Positions 39,357 to 49,996 of a stretch of DNA of 64,000 nucleotides are shown here, piece after piece (position 1 is the first letter of the stretch; each line of letters begins with the position of its first letter). The stretch covers positions 1 to 64,000 of the forward strand of contig CAXBME010000030.1 in NCBI GenBank assembly GCA_963976765.1, in the 5' to 3' direction. This DNA comes from an uncultured Planctomycetaceae bacterium. GTDB lineage: Bacteria; Planctomycetota; Planctomycetia; Planctomycetales; Planctomycetaceae. Both the position numbers and the translations under genes were made by a program. Under the pieces are notes generated by a model. It saw only the letters and a program-made list of their open reading frames with translations. It was not told where the DNA came from and made no database searches.

Positions 39357-42300
39357 TTACTGCAACCCCTGGACGCGGGACGCCTTGTCGAATTCGACTT
39401 TATTGATCGACGGAATGAAGCGGAACGTTTCCGCGACGACAGCCGTCCGCTCTCCACCGGCAGCTTTTTCCCGCCAGAGCATCGACTCGTCACCGGACGA
39501 ACGGAGCATATACAGCCCCTTCGATTCGTCGAATGAAATCTCGTCTGCCTGCGCGAAGAACGATCGGCCTTCGAGTCGGGCATTTTCTTTCGCGAGAAGT
39601 TCGACATGTTTCGTGCCGTCTGCCGTTTCCCGTTGAACAAACTCCAGCCAGTCGCAGAACATGGCACCGCCGTCTTTGGGCAGTTTATCCAGATCGATCT
39701 TTGCCATCGGCTCATCCACCGGGCCATAGATCACTTCAATCTGTCCGCGGAATGTCGTCGTTCGATCCTTCACGTTGCCCGACATGTCCCGGGCGAATTG
39801 AATTCTTGAGTATTCCCACTCCGTCCCTTGAGCATCCATCGCGCGGTTAGCTCCAGCCGCAGCCAACGGAGCCAGTCCCGCTCGTTTTCCTCGACCTCGT
39901 CGCCAGAGTGAAACCGTTCCGGGGCCGTTGTCAGCGATGACTTTGCCCGTCTGATGATCAAGATGGAAACGCGCAAACTTTGCGCGGCGTACTTCTTTCA
40001 AGGTGCCTTCTTCAATCACGTGACTGTTGAACTCGACGTCGAACTGGCAAGTGATCGTCGCGATTTCCGGACGTTCTGTCGGCTTCATTCCGTCGTCAAA
40101 CACCAGCGGTTTCAGCATCGTCACTTCCATCTGCTGACACCGCATCACGCTGTCGTACATGGATGCGTGAACCCGGCCAATAAACGTGGCCACTCGACCG
40201 TCAAAAGACATCTGCTCGTGGCTGTTGATTGTCAGTTCCGTCGGCTTGTCGAGTTTCTTACCGTCGAAATCCCGATCAGCAGGAAGCTTCAATTCACTGG
40301 TTCCGTCGGTCCACGCAAGATTGCGGGCGCGGTCAAAAGAAATCTCATCGCCCGTCAACTTCATGCGTGGTTCGAGCAACTGAGCCGGCGAACCAACGAT
40401 ATGCACCATCTGAGCATCGGGCGTGTTGCTGAGAATGTGCAATCGATCTCCCGTCATGACGACGGGCTCTTCGGCGGAATCTCGATAGTGAGTGATCCGT
40501 ACGTTTCCTTCAGTCCAGACTTCTCGAACTTCCGGTTCAACATCCTTCCCATGCCGGACAATCCTGGCCCGCGTGAGGTCGGCAGAGACGAACACGGGCT
40601 CCTTCAGTTTGTCGGACTTGTCAACATCCTCAGGCAGAAGCAGCGGCGCAGCGGCTTCAGGAACCTGGTAAGAAACCGGAGTCAGTTGATCCTTCAATTT
40701 CGATTTTTCGACAGGCGGATCGGCATCTTCGAACCAGACCTGTAGTTCTTCCATCTGGCCATGCATTTGAGGGCTGACCAGCAGAACGTTCTTCTGAGCG
40801 AGTATCCGTCGAGGATTCACTGCATCTTCAGGCTTGCTGTCCCTGTCACTCCCCTTGCCACTTCCGGAGTTGCCGCCGGAAAATAACGGCGAACTTTTTC
40901 CGGGTGTTGCTGGCTCGATCGGATCCGTCCACAGCTTGATATAGTTCGCTGAAATCCCCGCCTGATCCGCAGGCATTTTCACGACTGCTTCGCCGAGCAA
41001 ATCGATGACATCCTGCCCGGTTGTCACGTCGGTATATTTCCGAAGCTGCCGTTTCCAGTCCGCCAGCAGAACGTCAGTCGCCGGTGCGCCATCGACGCCG
41101 GGTTCTCGATAGGCGAGCCAGCCATGCCCCAGACAGACAAGCTCGTTCACGCGACCGTCGGTATGATGCGTCAGGCTGATCTGCTGACAGTCCATCTCGC
41201 CTGACCCCTGAGTAATACGAACTCGCGGCTTCCATTGTCTGGCAAGGTTTGGATCAAAATCGTTCAACGTCAGTCGTCGAGCCGTTGCGTCGTAGTCAAC
41301 AACTGCCATCGACCGCTGCTGCTGATTCGAGCTGCCCACGACAGCCTGAAACTCATTCAGCTCAGACGTGACGTTGACGACGTAGCCCATCGCCCTCATT
41401 CGATTTAACCGGAATGACCCATCCCTGGTGCCCGGCATCATGGATGATCGATCGCCGACAGCGCGAGCCAGCTCGCCCGCTTCCTTCTCAGCCTCAGTCG
41501 CTTCAGCCAGATGAAGATCCAGCTGATCGCAAGTCAGCACATCTGCGGTGTTCAATTCCGTGGCGCGTCGGACGACCACTTTTTCTTCGAACGTAGCACG
41601 GCTTCGCGATGCCGGATTCTTTGCCTCACCCAGCAGTGTCAACATGAAGCGACCGGCACATCGGACAGACATTGGAATGAATTCGCTGTCCTGCTCGAAC
41701 AGAAAGTCCATCGCAATGTCACGAAAAAGATAAACCCGCCGGATCCCGGTAACAGCCAGCTGACTACTGACTCCGCCGGTTGCCATATCGAGATCGATCT
41801 GAATCCCCTGCCGTGCACTGCCTGAATGTTTCTGCCAGGCAAACTCAACGAGGTTGTCGGAAAAGATGCTGCCAGACTCTTCCGAAAAAATGAAATGATT
41901 CCCCTTCATCGCCAGGCCATCGTCCCCCCGAATCGTGACCTCGCCGAGCAACTCGCCGGCAACGATTCGACCAGGGTCGGGTGATGACAGGTCGACGTCG
42001 CGTTCAAATGTGACCATCGCCGACTCGGCCTGGATGATCAACGGCTCATCCGCGTCCTCCTGAAACCAGACCAGGGCCAGCGGCTCGAAAGTGACCGTGC
42101 GTTTTTCGTCAGACTGTCGCCACTCCTGCGCGTAGTAGAACAGTGTGTCGCCATCACGAAGCTGCACGGTCGCGTCGCGTGCCCATTCCTGATCCGGCAG
42201 ATACTTCGCCGCGATGCGAGAGCTTTCGTCAAACGATTCGATGCCGGGATCCACTTCGTCGATCATTGAGAAGTTTCCGACCGGCATTTCCGGCGGAACC

Positions 42301-42395
42301 GCGCGCAGCACCGTCCGCACTCCGAACAGGTAAAGGAAATACCCGCTCGACAGAGCCACCAGTACGATCAGCGTTAAGCGGTTTCTGGAAACCAG
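39357..42395 (-). CDS. OstA/LptA-like beta-jellyroll envelope protein
   Basis: Repeated A.G.V.I / GD.I.FD patterns; downstream of kdsD. Start extended to CTG 42395 on SD evidence (track start is 42359). Confidence 0.6.
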   Translation of the reverse strand: MVSRNRLTLIVLVALSSGYFLYLFGVRTVLRAVPPEMPVGNFSMIDEVDPGIESFDESSRIAAKYLPDQEWARDATVQLRDGDTLFYYAQEWRQSDEKRTVTFEPLALVWFQEDADEPLIIQAESAMVTFERDVDLSSPDPGRIVAGELLGEVTIRGDDGLAMKGNHFIFSEESGSIFSDNLVEFAWQKHSGSARQGIQIDLDMATGGVSSQLAVTGIRRVYLFRDIAMDFLFEQDSEFIPMSVRCAGRFMLTLLGEAKNPASRSRATFEEKVVVRRATELNTADVLTCDQLDLHLAEATEAEKEAGELARAVGDRSSMMPGTRDGSFRLNRMRAMGYVVNVTSELNEFQAVVGSSNQQQRSMAVVDYDATARRLTLNDFDPNLARQWKPRVRITQGSGEMDCQQISLTHHTDGRVNELVCLGHGWLAYREPGVDGAPATDVLLADWKRQLRKYTDVTTGQDVIDLLGEAVVKMPADQAGISANYIKLWTDPIEPATPGKSSPLFSGGNSGSGKGSDRDSKPEDAVNPRRILAQKNVLLVSPQMHGQMEELQVWFEDADPPVEKSKLKDQLTPVSYQVPEAAAPLLLPEDVDKSDKLKEPVFVSADLTRARIVRHGKDVEPEVREVWTEGNVRITHYRDSAEEPVVMTGDRLHILSNTPDAQMVHIVGSPAQLLEPRMKLTGDEISFDRARNLAWTDGTSELKLPADRDFDGKKLDKPTELTINSHEQMSFDGRVATFIGRVHASMYDSVMRCQQMEVTMLKPLVFDDGMKPTERPEIATITCQFDVEFNSHVIEEGTLKEVRRAKFARFHLDHQTGKVIADNGPGTVSLWRRGRGKRAGLAPLAAAGANRAMDAQGTEWEYSRIQFARDMSGNVKDRTTTFRGQIEVIYGPVDEPMAKIDLDKLPKDGGAMFCDWLEFVQRETADGTKHVELLAKENARLEGRSFFAQADEISFDESKGLYMLRSSGDESMLWREKAAGGERTAVVAETFRFIPSINKVEFDKASRVQGLQ

Positions 42396-42420
42396 AATCG
42401 ATGACCTCCCTCAAAAACGA

Positions 42421-43431
42421 TCAACCCGGACCAATCCCAATAACGTCGGTAATGTCGATCAGTCCAACGGGCCGGCCCGCTTTATCGACAATCGGCAGCT
42501 CGCTGATTTTTCGCTCAGTAAGCATGTTGACCGCATCGCCCAGGCAGGTGTTGTCACGCAACGTCTTCGGGTTTGACGTCATCACTTCCGAAACCGGCGA
42601 GTCGAGTTGCGTGTCGCGATGCTGTTCGAGCAACCTTGCCAGATCACTGTCGGTAAACACGCCGCAGAGAACGCCTTGTTCGTCGGTAACCAGCAGCGCT
42701 CCCGACCGCCGCCCGCTGGAACGCAGCCGTTGCAGCGTGCCGCGCACGGTTTCGTCCCTGGAAGCGATGCGAAGCTCATCCCCCTGCCGCATGACTTCGC
42801 GAATCGGCGTCAACTGACGACCAAGGCTGCCGCCGGGATGAAACGTTCCGAAATCGCGAGCGGTAAACCCTTTCGCCCGACTGACGACCAGCGCCAGTGC
42901 ATCAGCCAGCGCCAGCATCGCCGTCGTCGTTGTTGACGGAGCGAGACTTAGTTCGCCAGCCTCACTGAGTTCGCCGATTTCCAGCACGACATCGGCGGCT
43001 CGTGCAAGTCTGTTCTCGCTGCTGGCCGTGATCGCAACGATCTTTGCTCCGAGCTGATGAATGATCGGAACGATTCGACAGACTTCATCCGTGTTGCCGC
43101 TGTTCGAAAAAACAACCACAACATCGTCTTCGCCAACGCAGCCAAGGTCGCCGTGTACCCCTTCCGCAGGGTGCAGAAACATCGCTCGCGTGCCGGTCGA
43201 GCTAAGCGTCGCGGTCATTTTCTGACCAATAATCCCCGCCTTGCCGATGCCGGTCACGATGGCTCGCCCGGCGCAGTTCTGCAGCAACTCGACGGCTTCG
43301 CAGAACCGAGTATCCAGATGACTCGACAGCGCAAGCAAACCATCCGCTTCCTGGCGGATGATCGCGCGGGCTTCGCGGAGCTGCTCAAAATGATCGAACG
43401 GGATCGACTGCTTCAGCGCGACAGAACTCAT
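42421..43431 (-). CDS. kdsD: KpsF/GutQ arabinose-5-phosphate isomerase (SIS + CBS)
   Basis: TGIGKAG, HGDLG, APSTTT, HPGGSLG and two CBS domains. Confidence 0.9.
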   Translation of the reverse strand: MSSVALKQSIPFDHFEQLREARAIIRQEADGLLALSSHLDTRFCEAVELLQNCAGRAIVTGIGKAGIIGQKMTATLSSTGTRAMFLHPAEGVHGDLGCVGEDDVVVVFSNSGNTDEVCRIVPIIHQLGAKIVAITASSENRLARAADVVLEIGELSEAGELSLAPSTTTTAMLALADALALVVSRAKGFTARDFGTFHPGGSLGRQLTPIREVMRQGDELRIASRDETVRGTLQRLRSSGRRSGALLVTDEQGVLCGVFTDSDLARLLEQHRDTQLDSPVSEVMTSNPKTLRDNTCLGDAVNMLTERKISELPIVDKAGRPVGLIDITDVIGIGPG

Positions 43432-43802
43432 GGCCGACTTCCTTGTCTGGCTGAACTTCTGACTGGTGGGACCTGTTTGCCGCCCAGCTCTCAAGAATGT
43501 GAACTTCTTTGATTGGCAGGGCCACAGGCTGATTTTTGAAAGGCGGCGAACTATACGACCGACCTTTTCACGCGGTCAATGTGTGACTTCGGCCCCGTTT
43601 TCTGTGTGTCAGACCGGTCTGGACCCGTTTTTCGGAAATTGATTAAAGTCCCGCCCCCTTCAGAGCGGAAGACGCATCGCGATCGCTGTCTCAGCGAAAA
43701 ATCTCCATCGGATTTGATTCAGGCAATTCGAAAGATTCGCGTCAGTTCTCTCCGCAAGAGACCCTTTCCTACCACCTCGCGCCTGTCGGAACGGAGTTCG
43801 CC

Positions 43803-44858
43803 ATGCGTGCTCGATTCTCGTGCACAACACTTCTGCTTGCGATCGCGATTGCTGCCTTCGCTGGTCCCGTTTCGGCTGCTCGCATTGACGCGACAGAAAA
43901 CCGAACGTATCGAATCACAAAGCAGCATGGTCCGTGGATGATCATGGTCGCCAGTTTTTCAGAACGGCATCAGGACGTTCGAGTCGACGGCCTGAGTCCA
44001 ACAGATGCAGCCAGCCAGCTGGTTTACGCCCTCAGAAAACGAGGCATCCCGGCTTACACTTTCCAAATGAGTGAGGCCGATCACGGCAACCTCGGCAAGG
44101 ATGCACTCGGGCGAACAATGCGAACGAAGACTGCCGTTCAGAACAACAGCATCTCTGTCATCGCGGGCAACTACCCGACAGTCGACGACTCAACTGCTCA
44201 GAAAACCCGCGACTTCATCAAGCGGCTCAGCCTGAAAGATTTGAATCTCGAATCCTGGGCCAACGGCGGAGGTCTGGTCTTTCGACAGACTCCTGGTCAG
44301 CCGGGACCGTTCAGCGGAGCCTTTCTGACGATCAACCCACTGTTCACTCAGGATGAAGTCGCTCGGACGAAACGTGACCCGTTGATTCTGCGTCTGAACG
44401 GAAACTCGGAGTACTCCATTCTTCGCAACAAAGGAAAGTACACACTGGCTGTGGCGACGTTCAAAGGACGATCGGACACTGGCATCGGCGAACGCGAGTA
44501 CAAGAAAAAGTTCGACCTGTTCGAGCCAACCGGAACGCTCGATGACGCTGCCGAACGAGCCTGGAAAGTCGCCAAGATGCTCCGTGAAGGAATCTTCAGC
44601 GGAAGCCAGCAAGGACAAACCTTTGAAGCGTACGTCTATCACGACAGGTTCCAGTCTCTGGTGACGATTGGTTCGTTCGATTCACCGCAGGATCCAAGGC
44701 TGACTCAACTCGCTCAGATTTTCCGAGCGAAACAGCATACCGGCACTAACGGAAAACAATTCGCCACCGGCGAAAGCATCATTATTCCAGGCAACCCTCC
44801 GGAAACGGTAATCTTCGACCCGGTCCCCAGCCTGATCGCCGTCCCGCAGATTCGCTAA
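43803..44858 (+). CDS. Exported hypothetical protein
   Basis: Signal peptide; GPWMIMVASF and HDRFQSLVTIGSF. Confidence 0.75.
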   Translation: MRARFSCTTLLLAIAIAAFAGPVSAARIDATENRTYRITKQHGPWMIMVASFSERHQDVRVDGLSPTDAASQLVYALRKRGIPAYTFQMSEADHGNLGKDALGRTMRTKTAVQNNSISVIAGNYPTVDDSTAQKTRDFIKRLSLKDLNLESWANGGGLVFRQTPGQPGPFSGAFLTINPLFTQDEVARTKRDPLILRLNGNSEYSILRNKGKYTLAVATFKGRSDTGIGEREYKKKFDLFEPTGTLDDAAERAWKVAKMLREGIFSGSQQGQTFEAYVYHDRFQSLVTIGSFDSPQDPRLTQLAQIFRAKQHTGTNGKQFATGESIIIPGNPPETVIFDPVPSLIAVPQIR

Positions 44859-45018
44859 ACAATTTTCATGGTTTCTGTGCAGGAGCTGGTACCGGGAACA
44901 GCCTTGTTTCCCGAGTGGTCATCCGGCCGAACGCTGGAAACAAATTCTGAAAGTGCTCCTGGCCAAAGCGGACGTCGCCGATCAATCGCGGAATGACAAA
45001 CAATTGCCTACAACCAAC

Positions 45019-45051
45019 GCTCCGACTGTCATTGATGGTTGGGGCTTTTTT
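45019..45051 (+). terminator. Rho-independent terminator
   Basis: GCTCCGACTGTC-ATT-GATGGTTGGGGC stem (with G-U pairs) followed by T6. Confidence 0.7.
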
Positions 45052-45242
45052 CGTTTGCTGAACTTCGATTCGGTCATGGCAAGGGCAATCTGTTTCGGAA
45101 CGAATAAACTACGAAAAAAGCGCAAGGACACGGAAGAAATTTCTGCTTCAGTGCCCTTCCGCGTGTTCCGTCGCCAAAAAATAATTGCAGCTTTGCCGAG
45201 CTGTAAACGCGACGAATTTGCATCAGATTGAATGATTAAACG

Positions 45243-46541
45243 ATGGCAGAAGAGAACCAGTCTCCCCCCGATTGGCAGCAGTCGGGTTATCAGCATGTCT
45301 GGATGCCGTACACGCAGATGCAGACAGCTCCGTTGCCAGTCGCGGTGGTTGCGACCGAGGGTGTGTACCTCACGCTTGCCGACGGGCGAAAACTGATCGA
45401 CGGAATGGCTTCCTGGTGGACTGCCTGCCACGGTTATAACCACCCGCACATTCGGAAGGCCGTCGAAGCTCAGCTTCGAGTTATGCCCCACGTCATGTTC
45501 GGAGGCGTCAATCACGAGCCGGCTTTGCGGCTGGCCGGACGGCTCGCAAAGCTCGCTCCGGGCAATTTGAATCGCGTCTTCTTTGCCGACTCGGGTAGCG
45601 TTTCCGTCGAAGTGGCTTTGAAGATCGCGGTGCAGTTCTGGTTAAACCGAGGTGTTTCCGGGCGGACGAAATTCGTTTCGTTTCAGAACGCCTATCACGG
45701 TGACACGACCGGAGCGATGTCGGTCTGCGACCCTGACAACAGCATGCACAACCACTTCAAAGGTTTTCTGCTGGAGCAATACTCACATCCCGTGCCGCAA
45801 ACTGACAGGGAACACACGGAGTTCGAAGCGTTTCTCGCAGAGAAGAAAAACGACGTTGCGGGAGTCATCATCGAACCGTTGATTCAAGGAGCGGGCGGTA
45901 TGAAATTTCATCCGCCCGAATCAGTCGCCAGAATTCACTCCGCCTGCCGCCGTCAGAATGTCCTCCTGATTGCCGATGAAATCGCGACAGGTTTCGGTCG
46001 AACCGGAACGATGTTTGCCTGCGAACAGGCCGACGTTGTGCCGGACATTCTTTGCGTCGGAAAAGCGTTGACCGGCGGAACACTCAGCTTCGCCGCGACC
46101 ATTGCAACGGACGAAATCTTCGACGCGTTTCTCTCTGAAGACCCGGCCCACGCGCTGATGCACGGTCCGACGTTCATGGCCAATCCACTGGCCTGTGCAG
46201 CGGCGAATGCCTCGATTGACCTGTTCGAGACCGAACCTCGTCTCGAACGCGCACAGGCAATGGAAGCAGAACTCGCTGAACAGCTCGCTCTATGTCGCGA
46301 CCTGCCCGGTGTAGTCGATGTTCGTACAAAGGGAGCCGTGGGAGTCATCCAGGTAAATCGTCTTCATCACCTGGAACGACTGAAAACGCGAATCGTCGAG
46401 GAAGGCATCTGGCTCCGCCCGTTCAACGATATGGTCTACATGACACCGCCGCTTTCGATCGCGCCGGAAGAGCTTCACAAGCTGTGTGAAGCAACGGTGC
46501 AGGTCCTTCGAGAATGGTCGACGTGGACAAACTCCGCTTAA
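45243..46541 (+). CDS. bioA: Adenosylmethionine-8-amino-7-oxononanoate transaminase
   Basis: WMPYTQM, SWWTACHGYNHP, YHGDT, DEIATGFGRTG, GKALTGG and HGPTFMANP. Confidence 0.95.
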   Translation: MAEENQSPPDWQQSGYQHVWMPYTQMQTAPLPVAVVATEGVYLTLADGRKLIDGMASWWTACHGYNHPHIRKAVEAQLRVMPHVMFGGVNHEPALRLAGRLAKLAPGNLNRVFFADSGSVSVEVALKIAVQFWLNRGVSGRTKFVSFQNAYHGDTTGAMSVCDPDNSMHNHFKGFLLEQYSHPVPQTDREHTEFEAFLAEKKNDVAGVIIEPLIQGAGGMKFHPPESVARIHSACRRQNVLLIADEIATGFGRTGTMFACEQADVVPDILCVGKALTGGTLSFAATIATDEIFDAFLSEDPAHALMHGPTFMANPLACAAANASIDLFETEPRLERAQAMEAELAEQLALCRDLPGVVDVRTKGAVGVIQVNRLHHLERLKTRIVEEGIWLRPFNDMVYMTPPLSIAPEELHKLCEATVQVLREWSTWTNSA

Positions 46542-46591
46542 GGCATCGATTTTCAAAGGCATGCCAGTAACGCTTCGGGCCGGGATTGCGT

Positions 46592-47869
46592 TCAGTCAAC
46601 GATTGCCGTTTGCAGTTGCAGCAGTTCCTCGACCGTCGTTTCGCCTCGCAGAACTTTTCGACGAGCAGCGTCTTCGAGTGTCACCAGGCCACTCTCGACG
46701 GCAATCGACCGCAGATCGACTTTGCCATCCGCTCCGAGAATGGCCTGCCTCAGTTCCGACGAGAAGGTCAGCACCTCGAACACCCCGGTGCGACCTGAAT
46801 AGCCTGTCGAGAAACAGTGGTCGCAACCTTTACCACGGACCAGCTTTGTTGTCGCCGCTTCCGCATCTGACAGTTTAAGCGCTGCTACCGCCGCTGCGTC
46901 GGGGACGTACTCTTCGCGGCAATGAGAGCAGATCTTTCGGATGAGACGCTGAGCGATGATGCACTTCAACGCGTCGACAATAAACATGGGCGACACGCCG
47001 AATTCGCGAAAGACGTCAATCACGGCGAGGCTGTCATTCGCGTGCAGCGTGCTGAGAACGGTGACTCCGGTCAGACCTGCGCGAACCGCAATCTGTGCCG
47101 TTTCAGGGTCGCGGATTTCTCCAACCATCATGACGTCTGGATCCTGCCGCAGAACGCCGCGCAGACACTTCACGAAGGTAAAACCAATCTTCGCATCAAT
47201 CTGAATCTGGTTGATGCCTTCCATTTGACGCTCAACGGGGTCTTCAATCGTTACCACACTTTCGGTTGAGCGGTTTCGCTTCGTCAGCGCGCTGTAGACA
47301 GTTGTGCTTTTCCCTGAACCAACCGGGCCGACGGATAGAAACACTCCATACGGAACCTCAACAAGTTTCTTCACCCTCTCAAGCTGTTCCGGCTCAAAGC
47401 CCAGTTCGTCGAGCTTTGTGAAGGACTGTTCATCCGGCATGAGGCGAAGCACCAGCCGTTCGCCGTAAATCGTTGGTCCACCTCCAACTCGGATGTCGCG
47501 TTGATGCTTGATAACTGACTTGGAGATATGACCGTCCTGAGCAGCCCGCCGCTCGGTGATGTCCATCCCGGCCATGATCTTCAACCGTGAAATCACCTGA
47601 GCTGTCAGCTTTTTGGGAAGCTGCAGAACATCGTGGAGCATGCCATCAACGCGAAGCCTGACTCGCAGCCCTTCTTTGTTCGGGTCGATGTGGATGTCGG
47701 TCGCGTTGAGCTGAAACGCCCGCTCGAGCAACAGATCAACCAGCGGCGCCGGCCCGACGACATCGATCAACTCCCGCAGTTCTTCCTGCAGAGCCTTCTG
47801 ACGAACTTCCAGACCGTTTGATTGAGTGTCGGGGGTTGCCGAGCTTCCAGTCGTTGTTTCAGTCGACAT
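46592..47869 (-). CDS. GspE/PilB family secretion ATPase
   Basis: [40 protein letters not shown] and two CxxC pairs. Confidence 0.92.
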   Translation of the reverse strand: MSTETTTGSSATPDTQSNGLEVRQKALQEELRELIDVVGPAPLVDLLLERAFQLNATDIHIDPNKEGLRVRLRVDGMLHDVLQLPKKLTAQVISRLKIMAGMDITERRAAQDGHISKSVIKHQRDIRVGGGPTIYGERLVLRLMPDEQSFTKLDELGFEPEQLERVKKLVEVPYGVFLSVGPVGSGKSTTVYSALTKRNRSTESVVTIEDPVERQMEGINQIQIDAKIGFTFVKCLRGVLRQDPDVMMVGEIRDPETAQIAVRAGLTGVTVLSTLHANDSLAVIDVFREFGVSPMFIVDALKCIIAQRLIRKICSHCREEYVPDAAAVAALKLSDAEAATTKLVRGKGCDHCFSTGYSGRTGVFEVLTFSSELRQAILGADGKVDLRSIAVESGLVTLEDAARRKVLRGETTVEELLQLQTAIVD

Positions 47870-47932
47870 GAGGGACCTCCTGTTGATTCTGTGAACTCGT
47901 TCTCTTAACGAGTGGTGCTTTACGAGTGTTTC

Positions 47933-48583
47933 TTAGAAGTTAGGCACTCGACCGAGTGCTTCCGCCACGGTAACACCCGCAGCAACGATCACCAGCAGTA
48001 TCCCGAGCAATCGCCAGACACCGCGGTCTCGAAACGTGGCAACCAGCCCGGCAATGATCGCAACGCCTCCGCAGGTGTAAGCAATTATTTGAGCTGTCTG
48101 CGGATCAATGTCTAACAGTTGCTTTTTTGGAGCCAGCACAAAGAACAGAGCCCCTGCGGCCGCCACCCAGCCAAGGACAGCGAGAAAAAAAATCGCCATC
48201 GACGACGCTGCTGTGAACGTTTTAACGCCAAGCAGTTCTTCAGCTTCTTCATGCGAATCGACGACCGTCCAAACGCGAGTCAAACCGGCGATTTCAAGAA
48301 CCTCGCCAATCATCGAGCTGTCATTCACGACAACCATCTGACCGTTCTTTTCCTGAACCGCCTTCCACAACTTGACAATCAGGGCCACAACCGAGCTGCC
48401 CATGAATTCAAGCCGAGTCAGATCCAGGAGAAACGCAGGTCGACTCAGTGCTCCCAGCCGTTCTTTGATTTCGTTGCCAGCTTTCTCGATGTCTCCCCAT
48501 CGACAATCACCGAGCGATGGATTGAAAGCAACAACGGCGTAACTTTTTGAAGAGTCGTATTCGTAAGGCGGTACGTCAGCCAT
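47933..48583 (-). CDS. STAS (anti-sigma antagonist-like) domain protein with C-terminal TM helices
   Basis: LDLTRLEFMGSS...VLEIAGL; three hydrophobic helices; start placed at MADVPP. Confidence 0.75.
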   Translation of the reverse strand: MADVPPYEYDSSKSYAVVAFNPSLGDCRWGDIEKAGNEIKERLGALSRPAFLLDLTRLEFMGSSVVALIVKLWKAVQEKNGQMVVVNDSSMIGEVLEIAGLTRVWTVVDSHEEAEELLGVKTFTAASSMAIFFLAVLGWVAAAGALFFVLAPKKQLLDIDPQTAQIIAYTCGGVAIIAGLVATFRDRGVWRLLGILLVIVAAGVTVAEALGRVPNF

Positions 48584-49166
48584 CCTGGGTGCGATCTCCC
48601 GAATGTGGCGGCAACTGCCGACTTTGATTTCTGCGACAACGAGACGCTGGTTACGCAACCTGCCCGGAGCCAGGACAAAATTTGGTATAGAGAAAAAGGC
48701 CCGGTTCCCGACATTAAATCCTGAGTTCAGCGTAAACTTCACGCCACTCGTGCCACAACTTAGCCAATCGCAGGCAGTTACCAAAGACGATTATCCCGGA
48801 AACTTTGTGAGAATCGGCTCGATCACTGACTGGAAAGATCTGTTCCCTGGACAACGCGAGCGATTCGGCACGACAAATCCAGCCAGAGAACACAGCATCA
48901 GACCAGAATTTGAGCACGCCGTTGAACGTATTCGGTCCGCGCCGAACTTGTGGAACAGGCTGGCCAGATCATGAAAATTTGGCACAGTAAGACTCAACAA
49001 GAAGCGAAAGTATTCCCTTGCTTGACGACTCAGACAGATCGGGGAGACTCCGCCCGGCCTCCGGTTTTCGTGATCCTGCCCGCCACGACCGCGCAGATTC
49101 CGTCGCCAGGTTTTCAGTCTTCGGGACACACCCCTTGCGAACCAGTTTTTCAGGTCCAGGTTTTCT

Positions 49167-49856
49167 GTGCTGCAAATCTCAGAGATTTATCAATCAATAC
49201 AAGGTGAGGGAGAATTCACCGGCGTACCGTCCGTTTTTGTACGGACGACGGGCTGCAACCTGCGCTGCTGGTTTTGCGACACTCCATTCACGTCATGGAA
49301 TCCCGAGGGTCGTTCACAAAGTGTCGACCAGATCCTGAAACACGTCACCGCTCTCGGAATCGAACACGTCGTCGTCACCGGTGGAGAACCTCTCCTGCTG
49401 CCCGATATCGTTCCGCTGACCGCCGCACTGCGATCTCAAGGCCACTTCGTCACTGTCGAAACCGCCGGCACCGTATTCCGTGAAGCTACCGCCGACCTGA
49501 TGTCGATCAGCCCGAAGCTGGCAAACTCGACTCCGAGCCCCGAACGGTCGCTCGCATGGTCACAACGTCACGAAGAAGTGCGGCACCGGCCCAGCGTTAT
49601 CCGAAGGCTGATTTCGGAATCGCCCTACCAGTTCAAATTCGTTATTGATGCCCCGATCGACGTCGCGGATGTCGAACGCTGGCTGACCGAATTCTCCGAA
49701 ATCGATCGCAGTCGGGTCTGGCTGATGCCTCAGGCAACGACCCGCGAAGAACTTGCGGCAAAGACCGACTGGGTCGAGCAGGCCGCCGAGACTTCAGGAT
49801 TCCGCTTTACATCGAGACTGCACATCCAGCAGTTCGGCAACGCGCGCGGACACTGA
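49167..49856 (+). CDS. queE: 7-carboxy-7-deazaguanine synthase (radical SAM)
   Basis: SIQGEG, CNLRCWFCDT, TGGEP, SPKL and RLH motifs. Confidence 0.9.
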   Translation: MLQISEIYQSIQGEGEFTGVPSVFVRTTGCNLRCWFCDTPFTSWNPEGRSQSVDQILKHVTALGIEHVVVTGGEPLLLPDIVPLTAALRSQGHFVTVETAGTVFREATADLMSISPKLANSTPSPERSLAWSQRHEEVRHRPSVIRRLISESPYQFKFVIDAPIDVADVERWLTEFSEIDRSRVWLMPQATTREELAAKTDWVEQAAETSGFRFTSRLHIQQFGNARGH

Positions 49857-49996
49857 TCTACCGGCTGTTGAGAAATCTGAGCCGTAGGCGGGAACGTGTA
49901 TCTGCAGGCTGGAACAAGCTCTGCGCAGTTCCGGCAGCAACACGCCATCAACCGCTCTGCCGAAGCAGCGTTCCGCTCGTTCCGGCCAACGTGAGG

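Noticed and set aside
44993..45061. 22-codon ORF (MTNNCLQPT...) as a leader peptide or toxin
   Set aside because: No clear RBS and it overlaps the terminator; cannot be supported from sequence alone.
49167..49856. queE as part of a Dpd DNA-modification defence system
   Set aside because: Lies in the core region with no dpd genes nearby; ordinary queuosine synthesis is more likely.
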